Source of the DNA: Desulfuromonadales bacterium
Lineage (GTDB): Bacteria > Desulfobacterota > Desulfuromonadia > Desulfuromonadales > SZUA-540
Length of the DNA stretch: 64,000 nt
Assembly: GCA_033549025.1 (NCBI GenBank)
Contig: JAWSUS010000013.1
Span: 1 to 64,000 of the forward strand
Direction: 5' to 3'
The notes under the pieces are model-generated. The model was not told where the DNA came from and made no database searches. It saw only the letters and a list, made by a program, of their open reading frames with translations. Below are positions 18,654 to 26,333 of the stretch, piece after piece. How positions within the stretch are numbered: the stretch's first letter is position 1; each line of letters starts with the position of its first letter. A program made the position numbers and the translations under genes.

Positions 18654-19682
18654 TCAGGCCGATTCCCGGCTTCTTCTTTTCAGCAAAAGACCGACGACTG
18701 CGGCCAACAGCAGGGTCAGCGCGCCGCCGACGATCCCAGCGGCCGACGTACCGGCATCAGCCTGCGGCCAGGTTTCTTTTTCAGCAACTTCCGCACTCTG
18801 TTCTTCCGAACGGAAACCATAGTCCGGGAAAAGGGCCAACCGCTGCTGCACCCTCGCCAGACCGCCGTGCAGCCCTTCTCCTCCACTCTGCTCCTCTTCG
18901 AAGCCCGCCTTGGCAAGGGCCCATTCGAGTCCATCAGGATGAGCGGAGGCAAACCAGGAAAAGACTCCACCGACCAGCATTGCCGCAGCCAACAGAACGG
19001 CCAGGGCCTTTTTGCGTCGGCGCGGAGCAGCCGCAAGGACCGGAGTCATCCTCAGCAGATCGGGACGCGCCTGTCCCACATAGCGGACCACCGCCGCGGT
19101 GACCAACCCCTCCACCAGGCCGATCCCCAGATGGATGGGTTGCATGAGCAGAGCAAAGGCGACAAAAGGCAAATCGGCCAGCCCCGACAGGGTCGTCTGC
19201 AGAACGACCGCGAAGGCGCCGAACTGTAAGGCGACAACCGCGGCCAGAACCGTTGCGAAGGTCCGCCTGTCATTGCCGCCGTCGCCCGCCGCCAGGGGGC
19301 GGTAAATGAGCGGATAGGCCAGCAGGCAGGGGAACAGGCCCAGATTGACGATGTTGCTGCCCAGCGCCAACAGCCCGCCATCGGCAAAAAAGAGGGCCTG
19401 CACCGTCAGCACCGACGCCACCACCACAAAGGCAGCGTGGGGGCCCAGCAGAATAGCAAGGAGAAGGCCGCCGCCGAGATGGCCGCTGGAACCGGTTCCC
19501 GGCAGGGTGAAATTGATCATCTGGGCGGCAAAGACAAAGGCCCCCAGCACCCCCATGAGGGGCACCATCCCGTCCTCCAGGCGTCCGTTAAGACGCCGGG
19601 CGCAGGTGCCGAGAGTGGCGCCGGCAGCTACCCACATCGTGCCGCCAACGGCAGGAGACAGCAGGGCATCGGACATGTGCAT
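18654..19682 (-). CDS. nikMN: ECF Ni/Co transporter S component, fused NikM-NikN (CbiM plus PDGLE domain)
   Basis: Metal-binding N-terminus MHMSD, GSSGHLGG, ADGGL, PDGLE motif; GAGGAG RBS. Confidence 0.88.
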   Translation of the reverse strand: MHMSDALLSPAVGGTMWVAAGATLGTCARRLNGRLEDGMVPLMGVLGAFVFAAQMINFTLPGTGSSGHLGGGLLLAILLGPHAAFVVVASVLTVQALFFADGGLLALGSNIVNLGLFPCLLAYPLIYRPLAAGDGGNDRRTFATVLAAVVALQFGAFAVVLQTTLSGLADLPFVAFALLMQPIHLGIGLVEGLVTAAVVRYVGQARPDLLRMTPVLAAAPRRRKKALAVLLAAAMLVGGVFSWFASAHPDGLEWALAKAGFEEEQSGGEGLHGGLARVQQRLALFPDYGFRSEEQSAEVAEKETWPQADAGTSAAGIVGGALTLLLAAVVGLLLKRRSRESA

Positions 19683-19737
19683 GGGAAAACTCCTCATCGA
19701 GGTATTGCGGCCAGATGATGCCACGTTTTTCATTTTC

Positions 19738-19785
19738 GTGTTACCAGTCTGTCTGCAATAGTAATTTCGTGGCGTGGATTGTCAA
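19738..19785 (-). promoter_or_regulatory. nikMN promoter with overlapping putative NikR operator
   Basis: TTGACA-N16-TACTAT; operator TTACTAT-N13-GTAACAC overlaps the -10 element. Confidence 0.65.
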
Positions 19786-19867
19786 GCTTTCAGGGCCTGG
19801 ATGACTTTATCTCCCAACCCTTAAATCTTTTAGCCACGAATAGAAGCGGATAAAAGTCGATTCCAAT

Positions 19868-19899
19868 AAAAAAGGCGACCCCCAAAAAGGAAGGTCGCC
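19868..19899 (-). terminator. Terminator downstream of nrdG
   Basis: GGCGACC...GGTCGCC stem followed by TTTTTT on the minus strand. Confidence 0.65.
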
Positions 19900-19925
19900 A
19901 GCAGAGATAAATCAGAACTGCCCCG

Positions 19926-20621
19926 TCAGAGCCCGCGGATCTGCACGTCCTCGGCGTAGGTCTCGGCCAGGGCGGCAAAGCGTCTGACCTCGTCTGCCGG
20001 ATGGGGTTCAAGGGCCTGCAGGCTTTCAGCGAGGGCATGGCGGGGCACGAACTGCTGCAATACCCAGGTGCGTGCCCCGGCAATGGCCTGGCCGATGCGG
20101 TGGATATCGGCCTCTTCGACCAGACCGGGAACGCAGGTGGTGCGGAATTCGTATTCCACCCCGGCCTTCAGGACCAGTTCGAGGGAACGCCGCAGAGCCA
20201 AGTCATCGACGGGAGCGTTATGCAGTTCCCCGTAGCGCTCGGACGAGGTCTTAAGATCGATGGCCAGGTAATCGACCAGTTTTTCCCAGAGCAGGCCTTC
20301 GAGCACCTCGGGTGCCAGCCCGTTGCTGTCGAGCTTCACCAGCAGGCCGAGGCTTTTGACCTGACGCAGGAAGGGAACCAGCCCGCCATCCACCGTCGGC
20401 TCACCGCCGGAAACGACGACGCCGTCTATGAAGCTGCGCCGCGAGCGGAGCTCGTCGATCAGGTCGTCGACAGGATAATCGGGATAATGGCCGGGATTGA
20501 GAACCAGGTCGGGGTTGTGGCAGAAGGGGCAAGTGAGATTGCAGCCGCCGTAAAACACCAGGGAAGCGATCCTGCCCGGGTAATCGAGCAGGCTCGTCCC
20601 CTGAAATCCTTTGATGGGCAT
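19926..20621 (-). CDS. nrdG: Anaerobic ribonucleotide reductase activating radical-SAM enzyme
   Basis: GCNLTCPFCHNP (CxxxCxxC), SGGEPT; follows nrdD. Confidence 0.93.
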   Translation of the reverse strand: MPIKGFQGTSLLDYPGRIASLVFYGGCNLTCPFCHNPDLVLNPGHYPDYPVDDLIDELRSRRSFIDGVVVSGGEPTVDGGLVPFLRQVKSLGLLVKLDSNGLAPEVLEGLLWEKLVDYLAIDLKTSSERYGELHNAPVDDLALRRSLELVLKAGVEYEFRTTCVPGLVEEADIHRIGQAIAGARTWVLQQFVPRHALAESLQALEPHPADEVRRFAALAETYAEDVQIRGL

Positions 20622-20624
20622 GGA

Positions 20625-20771
20625 TTACTCGTCGCTGCCCGCCTGGCCGACCACAAACTCGGTGCGGTCCTTGAATTCCTGTTTCTTGCCCTTGTTCCAC
20701 TGCTGAACCGGGCGAAAGAAGCCGCAGACACGGGAGTAAACTTCGGTTTTTGCGTCACATTTGGTTGCCAT
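20625..20771 (-). CDS. Stand-alone glycyl-radical domain of class III RNR (48 aa, absent from the ORF track)
   Basis: MATKCDAKTEVYSRVCGFFRPVQQWNKGKKQEFKDRTEFVVGQAGSDE; AGGAGG RBS; matches the canonical NrdD C-terminus YSRVxGY.RPV..WNxGKxxEFxDR. Confidence 0.9.
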   Translation of the reverse strand: MATKCDAKTEVYSRVCGFFRPVQQWNKGKKQEFKDRTEFVVGQAGSDE

Positions 20772-20789
20772 AATGCCTCCTGGTGGATG

Positions 20790-22778
20790 TCAAGCCGCCT
20801 TCCCCTCGTGGTTGTGGGGGCAGGCGAAATGTTCACCGGTGATGTAGCCATGCACCGGACAGATCGTAAAGGTGGGGCTGATAGTGAAATAGGGCAGATG
20901 GAAGTTCTCGGCGATGCGCCGCACCAACAGGCGGGCGCTGCGCCAATCCTCCAGCCGCTCCCCGAGGAAACCGTGAAAAACGGTGCCACCGGTATAGAGG
21001 GTCTGCAGGCCGTCCTGATGCTGCAGAGCCTGGAAGATATCCTCGGTGCTGCCGACGGGCAGCTGAGTCGAGTTGGTATAGTAGGGCTCGTCGCTGCCGG
21101 CGGTGATGATGCCGGGGTACTTCTTGCGGTCGCGGTTGGCCAGGCGGAAGCTCGTCCCCTCGGCCGGCGTCGCCTCCAGGTTGTAGAGATGCCCCGACTC
21201 CTCCTGAAAGACCTCCAGCTGCTTGCGCATGAACTTCAGGGTCTCTTCCGCCAGCGCCTTGCCCTCGGGCGTATCGATGGATTTGCCGACCAGGTTCAGG
21301 CTGGCCTCGTTCATCCCCAGCAGGCCGATGGTGGAAAAGTGGTTGTCCCAGTAATGGCCGCTGCGCTCCTTGATGCCGGAGAGGTAGAAGCGGCTGAAAG
21401 GATAGAGGCCTTCTTCGGTAAAGCGGTCGAGCTGCTTGCGTTTGATTTCCAGCGACTCGTGGGCGAGCTTCATCAGTTCGGCGATGCGCTCGAAAAAAGC
21501 CTCTTTTGTTTTGGCGACGTAGGCTGCCCGCGGCAGGTTCAGTGTCACGACGCCGATGGAACCGGTCAGCGGGTTGGAACCGAAGAGACCGCCGCCGCGC
21601 CGGCGCAGTTCACGGTTGTCGAGACGCAGACGGCAGCACATGGAACGGGCGTCGGCCGGGTCCATGTCCGAATTGATGAAATTGCTGAAATAGGGGATGC
21701 CGTATTTGGAGGTCATCTCCCAGATCGGCTGGAACCGGGGGCTTTCCCAGTCGAAGCCGACGGTGATGTTGTAGGTGGGGATGGGGAACGAGAAGATGCG
21801 CCCCGAACTGTCCCCCTCCATCATCACCTCGCAGAAGGCCCGGTTGAACAGGTCCATCTCCTCCTGGAAATCGCCATAGGTGACATCCATCAGCTCGCCG
21901 CCGATGACCACGGCCTCATCCTTCATGTTGCTGGGCGGCGTCATGTCCATGGTGATATTGGTGAAAGGGGTCTGGAAGCCGACCCGCGTCGGCACGTTCA
22001 TATTGAAGATGAACTCCTGAACGGCCTGCTTGACCTCCTTGTAGCTGAGCTGATCGTAGCGGATAAAGGGCGCCAGCAGGGTATCGAAGTTGGCAAAGGC
22101 CTGGGCCCCGGCCGCTTCGCCCTGCAGGGTGTAGAAGAAGTTGACCGCCTGCCCGAGGGCCGTACGGAAGTGCTTGGCGGGGCCGCTCTGCACCTTGCCG
22201 TAGGCGCCGGTAAAGCCCTTGAGCAGCAGCTCTTTCAAGTCCCAGCCGCAGCAGTAGACGGAGAGCATGCCGAGATCGTGAATATGATAGTCCCCCTCAC
22301 GGTGCGCATCGGCGATGTAGCCAGGATAGATTTTGTTCAGCCAGTAGTTGCTGGTGATATTGGCCGCGATATGGTTGTTGAGCCCCTGCAGCGAATACCC
22401 CATGTTGGCGTTTTCGTTAACGCGCCAATCTTCCTGGCTCAGGTAGGAATCGATCGCCTCGATGGATTCCTTCATGAACTCCTTGGTCCGGCGCAGATTG
22501 TCGTGCTGCTGCCGGTAAAGGATGTAGGTCTTGGCGGTCTGGGCGTGGCCGTTCTCGATGAGGCTCTTTTCCACCAGGTCCTGCACGTTTTCCACGGTGG
22601 GAATACGGCCATCCTTGTAGATGACCTCCAGGATGCCGACAACCTGACGGGCAATACGGGCCGCCTTGTCCATGTCCTTGCCGCCGACGGCGCGGACGGC
22701 CTTCTGAATGGCCTCGGTGATTTTCTGCTCCTCAAAAGCGACCAGCCGGCCATCCCGTTTGCGAATGTATTCGAGCAT
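20790..22778 (-). CDS. nrdD: Class III (anaerobic) ribonucleoside-triphosphate reductase, catalytic chain lacking the glycyl-radical C-terminus
   Basis: N-terminal ATP cone (IRKRDG), HIHDL..YCCG, RSMCCRL, NLEATPAE, YYTNS, YTGGTVFH; ends at CPVH...CPHNHEGKAA-stop. Confidence 0.95.
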   Translation of the reverse strand: MLEYIRKRDGRLVAFEEQKITEAIQKAVRAVGGKDMDKAARIARQVVGILEVIYKDGRIPTVENVQDLVEKSLIENGHAQTAKTYILYRQQHDNLRRTKEFMKESIEAIDSYLSQEDWRVNENANMGYSLQGLNNHIAANITSNYWLNKIYPGYIADAHREGDYHIHDLGMLSVYCCGWDLKELLLKGFTGAYGKVQSGPAKHFRTALGQAVNFFYTLQGEAAGAQAFANFDTLLAPFIRYDQLSYKEVKQAVQEFIFNMNVPTRVGFQTPFTNITMDMTPPSNMKDEAVVIGGELMDVTYGDFQEEMDLFNRAFCEVMMEGDSSGRIFSFPIPTYNITVGFDWESPRFQPIWEMTSKYGIPYFSNFINSDMDPADARSMCCRLRLDNRELRRRGGGLFGSNPLTGSIGVVTLNLPRAAYVAKTKEAFFERIAELMKLAHESLEIKRKQLDRFTEEGLYPFSRFYLSGIKERSGHYWDNHFSTIGLLGMNEASLNLVGKSIDTPEGKALAEETLKFMRKQLEVFQEESGHLYNLEATPAEGTSFRLANRDRKKYPGIITAGSDEPYYTNSTQLPVGSTEDIFQALQHQDGLQTLYTGGTVFHGFLGERLEDWRSARLLVRRIAENFHLPYFTISPTFTICPVHGYITGEHFACPHNHEGKAA

Positions 22779-22851
22779 CCCTCTCTCCCTCCTTTTGTGC
22801 TGAATGAACAGTGCGAATTTAGCACAGGAAAGATCGCTGTCAAGGCAAAAA

Positions 22852-22899
22852 ACACAACATATAGACATTGATATTTCACACACCCACAACATCTGGTGA
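22852..22899. promoter_or_regulatory. Tandem NrdR boxes
   Basis: ACACAACATATAGACA (22852-22867) and CCACAACATCTGGTGA (22884-22899), 32 bp apart, matching acaCwAtATaTwGtgt, upstream of nrdD and a TTGACA-N16-TAAATT promoter. Confidence 0.85.
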
Positions 22900-23023
22900 T
22901 ATAACGGGCATAACCTGTGAAATGACGGTGGACAGAGACGGCCAAGTCCCCAATATTCTTGACCCCTTCGGGGAGGCGTGCTAAAGACTCTGGAATATCA
23001 CCAAAACCAACGGGGATTTTACG

Positions 23024-23443
23024 ATGGCCGACCTGACCCGCTTCGGCATTTCCATGGACGAACGCCTGTTGTCGCGCTTCGATGAGCTCATCACGGGCAA
23101 GGGCTACGCCAACCGCTCCGAGGCCATTCGCGACCTCATTCGCAACGCCCTGGTCGAAGACCGCTGGGCCCGGGACGATGAGGAGATCGTCGGCACGGTG
23201 ACTCTGGTCTACGATCACCACACCCGCGACCTGGGGGACAAGCTCATCGAGCGCCAGCACACCCACCATCAGGCCATCGTCTCGACCTTGCACGTCCACC
23301 TCGACGCCCATCACTGCCTGGAAGTTCTGGTCGTCAAGGGAACCGCCGGCAAAGTAAGACAACTGGCCGACGAACTCATCGGCACCCGCGGCGTCAAACA
23401 CGGCAAACTGGTAACCACCACCACGGGCCAGGATCTGGCCTGA
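23024..23443 (+). CDS. nikR: Nickel-responsive regulator
   Basis: RFGISM ribbon, [22 protein letters not shown]. Confidence 0.96.
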   Translation: MADLTRFGISMDERLLSRFDELITGKGYANRSEAIRDLIRNALVEDRWARDDEEIVGTVTLVYDHHTRDLGDKLIERQHTHHQAIVSTLHVHLDAHHCLEVLVVKGTAGKVRQLADELIGTRGVKHGKLVTTTTGQDLA

Positions 23444-23475
23444 CCTCGGCAATCGGCGGCCTCGCCCGCCCAACC

Positions 23476-23502
23476 GTGCCACGAAAACGTCATTCGTAAC
23501 AC
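23476..23502. promoter_or_regulatory. Putative NikR operator upstream of nikQ
   Basis: GTGCCAC-N13-GTAACAC pseudo-palindrome; same spacing and same GTAACAC half-site as the site at nikMN. Confidence 0.7.
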
Positions 23503-23515
23503 CAAAGGCTCCGCC

Positions 23516-24328
23516 ATGGCCCATATCAGCACAGCGCTCCTCAACCTGGGAACTCTGGACGACCTGGCCGCCCGCCAAAGTCCCCTGCATCGTCTCGACC
23601 CCCGAGCCAAAGTGCTCACCACCCTAATTTTTGTCGTCACGGTGGCCTCCTTCGGCAAGTATCAGGTCGCTGCCCTGCTGCCCTTTTTGCTCTTTCCCCT
23701 CGGGCAGATCGCCGTCGCCGGCCTGCCCTTGACCACCTTCATTCGGCGACTGCTCTTTATTGCCCCTTTCGTCCTCTTCATCACCATCCTCAATCCTGTG
23801 CTGGATCGGGAGATTCTTCTGCAGGCCGGCCCTTTGGCCGTCAGCGGCGGCTGGCTTTCCCTGGCTTCCATCCTGCTGCGCTTCGTGCTGACCATTGGCG
23901 CCGCCCTCGTTCTGATCGCCACCACCGGCTTTCCCGGGGTCTGTCGCGCCCTGGAGCAACTGGGCGCCCCCCGCATTTTCACCATGCAACTGCTCTTCCT
24001 CTATCGCTACATTTTTGTCCTGATCGAGGAAGGACTTCGCCTTTTCCGGGCCAGGGCGCTGCGCTCCTTCGGCAAAAAGGGGCTGGAATGGCGTGTTTAC
24101 GCCCTGATGACCGGGCAACTGCTCATGCGGTCCCTGCAGCGGGCCGAGCGCATTCATCAGGCCATGCGGTGCCGCGGTTTTGACGGAAAACTGCCCGCCA
24201 TGCACCAGGCCCGTTTCGGCCGGCAGGAAGTCCTCTTTACCCTGGGATGGAGCGCCATTTTCATCCTGCTGCGCCTTTGGAATCTTCCCCATTGGATAGG
24301 GGGATTATTCATGGAGCTGTTTTCATGA
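23516..24328 (+). CDS. nikQ: ECF transporter T component (NikQ/CbiQ)
   Basis: SPLHRLDPRAK, YRYIFVL, AMRCRGF. Confidence 0.9.
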   Translation: MAHISTALLNLGTLDDLAARQSPLHRLDPRAKVLTTLIFVVTVASFGKYQVAALLPFLLFPLGQIAVAGLPLTTFIRRLLFIAPFVLFITILNPVLDREILLQAGPLAVSGGWLSLASILLRFVLTIGAALVLIATTGFPGVCRALEQLGAPRIFTMQLLFLYRYIFVLIEEGLRLFRARALRSFGKKGLEWRVYALMTGQLLMRSLQRAERIHQAMRCRGFDGKLPAMHQARFGRQEVLFTLGWSAIFILLRLWNLPHWIGGLFMELFS

Positions 24329-25083
24329 CCGAACTCATGGTTCAAGCGAAGAACCTGCAATACAGCTATCCCGATGGGACCGACGCCCTGCGGGAAATTT
24401 CCTTCGAGGTATACCGGGGGCAGTCCCTGGCCATCACCGGGGCCAACGGGGCCGGCAAATCCACCCTGCTGCTCCACCTGAACGGCCTGCTGACGCCCAC
24501 ATCGGGAACGCTGACAATCCAAAATGTCGCCCTCGGCCCCAAAAACCGCGAGAAGGTACAGCGCCGGGTCGGTCTGGTCTTTCAGAATCCGGACGATCAG
24601 CTGTTCATGCCGACCGTCTGGCAGGATGTGACCTTCGGCCCCCTGAATCTGGGCCTGAGCGCCGAGGAGGTTACAGCCCGGGCCACCGAAGCCCTGAACC
24701 AGGTCGACGCCCTTCACCTGAAGGATCGGCCGCCTTTTCGCCTCTCCGCCGGCGAAAAACGCCGGGTCGCCCTGGCGACGGTCCTGGCCATGCAGCCGGA
24801 CATCCTGGTGCTCGACGAACCGACCACCGGGCTCGACCCCTGCAGCCGCCGTCAGCTCATCCAACTGCTCAACGGCTTTGGGCACACGCTCATCCTTGCC
24901 AGCCACGATCTCGATCTGGTCATGGATGTGTGCGAAAGGACGCTTGTCCTGCATGAAAGGAAGATTGCCGCGGAAGGAGCGACCGGGGAGATTTTTACGG
25001 ATGGGGAGTTGTTGCAGCGCTGCCGCCTGGAGAAACCGCTGGGGATGCGGGGATGTCCCCTTTGCGGAAGGGTGAAGCCCTAA
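24325..25083 (+). CDS. nikO: ECF transporter ATPase (NikO/CbiO)
   Basis: GANGAGKST, FQNPDDQLF, LSAGEK, LDEPT; ATGA overlap with nikQ. Confidence 0.9.
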   Translation: MTELMVQAKNLQYSYPDGTDALREISFEVYRGQSLAITGANGAGKSTLLLHLNGLLTPTSGTLTIQNVALGPKNREKVQRRVGLVFQNPDDQLFMPTVWQDVTFGPLNLGLSAEEVTARATEALNQVDALHLKDRPPFRLSAGEKRRVALATVLAMQPDILVLDEPTTGLDPCSRRQLIQLLNGFGHTLILASHDLDLVMDVCERTLVLHERKIAAEGATGEIFTDGELLQRCRLEKPLGMRGCPLCGRVKP

Positions 25084-25098
25084 GGGCGAAACCCCCGC

Positions 25099-26139
25099 CT
25101 ACCGTCCCTCTTTTAACAGGGCTTCCAGTCGGGCCAATCGAGCTTCGAAACGTTCAAGACGCTTTATGATATCGGCCGAGGCGGAGGTTGCCTGCTGGGT
25201 CTGCAGAGCCGCCGTGATAAGTTCAGGGTGCTGGCTGGCATAACCGGCACCAAACAGTTTATCGATCTGGGCCACAATGCGGGACAGATCGGCCGAAAGG
25301 GTCTCCGTGGCTGAATCCTCGGCGGCAGCATACTCAGCGGCCAGGGCCGACAGATCCTTTTTCGCCGCAGTCTGGGCCTCCTCGTCAGGTTCGGGCTCAC
25401 CGCCCGTCTCAACCACCGGCATGTCCCCGCCTGTCCCCTTTTCACGGTCCGCCTGCTGGGCCAAGGTCTCCGTCACAAAGCGATCCAGCCTATCGAGAGA
25501 TTCGCCTTTGGTCGCCTGCAACGCCGGCTCCGGTGTTGGCTCCGGTGTTGGCTCCGGTGTTGGCTCCGGTGTTGGCTCCGGTGTTGGTTCGGGTCTTGGT
25601 TCGGGTCTTGGTTCGGGTCTTGGTTCGGGTCTTGGTTTCGGCGCTGGTTCAGGCTCAGGGGCTGGCGCGACCTCATCCAACGGCTTGGCGACTTCACCAC
25701 TGACTTTCTTTTCCACCAGGGTCTTCGCCACGTCGGCAGGAGCCTCTTTTAGTTCGGCCTTTTTTTCCACCGCCACCGGTTTGGCGACAGCCGGCACAAT
25801 TTCCTCCTGGGCCGGCGGAGAAGGCGCTTTTGGTTGGGCCGTCTGCTCTTTTTTAACACCCACCGCACCGGGGCCTTTCGGCTCCGGCGCTATTTTGGGC
25901 TGAGAACTCTCCTTGGCCACCGCCGGCGCTTTTTCTTCGCCTTTATCCTGTAAAAACGCCGAAGGCTGCGCACCGAAACGATCCAGGGACGACTCCATTC
26001 CCAGAGCCGATCCGGTTGAGGTGCTCTCTTTCAGCGCCGCGCCGCAGCGGGGGCAACGGGAAACTTTCGCCCCGGTCGAGGTGAGCAGGGATACCTTGCG
26101 TCCGCATTCAGGACACTTACTTTCACTAACAAGCGCCAT
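25099..26139 (-). CDS. Hypothetical protein: N-terminal zinc ribbon, Pro/Glu-rich repetitive linker, helical C-terminal domain
   Basis: CPECG...CPRCG; (PEPR)/(PEPT) repeats; AAGGA RBS. Confidence 0.75.
   Translation of the reverse strand: MALVSESKCPECGRKVSLLTSTGAKVSRCPRCGAALKESTSTGSALGMESSLDRFGAQPSAFLQDKGEEKAPAVAKESSQPKIAPEPKGPGAVGVKKEQTAQPKAPSPPAQEEIVPAVAKPVAVEKKAELKEAPADVAKTLVEKKVSGEVAKPLDEVAPAPEPEPAPKPRPEPRPEPRPEPRPEPTPEPTPEPTPEPTPEPTPEPALQATKGESLDRLDRFVTETLAQQADREKGTGGDMPVVETGGEPEPDEEAQTAAKKDLSALAAEYAAAEDSATETLSADLSRIVAQIDKLFGAGYASQHPELITAALQTQQATSASADIIKRLERFEARLARLEALLKEGR
25526..25633. repeat. Compound in-frame 12-bp tandem repeat
   Basis: (GGCTCCGGTGTT)x5 then (GGTTCGGGTCTT)x4, all units perfect. 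Confidence 0.97.
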
Positions 26140-26278
26140 TTTTTCATCCTTTTCCTTAATTAGAAAAGGGTAGCATAAAATTCTTTGGAGGGAATGGCGT
26201 GGAGGCAAAAACTTTGAGTGGGAACCGAGTCTGGCGCCATCGGCTATTTTTTCAGCTTATTGTCACCGCAAAAGATGT

Positions 26279-26305
26279 AAAAAAAGGCCGGACAAGCCGG
26301 CCTTT
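26279..26305 (-). terminator. Terminator downstream of the chemoreceptor gene
   Basis: AAAGGCCGG-N5-CCGGCCTTT with a T-run on the minus strand. Confidence 0.8.
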
Positions 26306-26333
26306 AAAGAGATTCGTCTAAAACCAGAGAAGA

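Noticed and set aside
20790..22778. nrdD as a truncated pseudogene
   Set aside because: The missing C-terminus is present as an adjacent ORF with a strong RBS, and nrdG and the NrdR boxes are intact.
20001..22871. 956-aa plus-strand ORF
   Set aside because: Antisense shadow of nrdD/nrdG caused by GC-rich codon bias; no recognisable motifs.
25526..25633. Possible CRISPR array
   Set aside because: Contiguous 12-bp units with no spacers, in frame within a CDS; no cas genes in the window.
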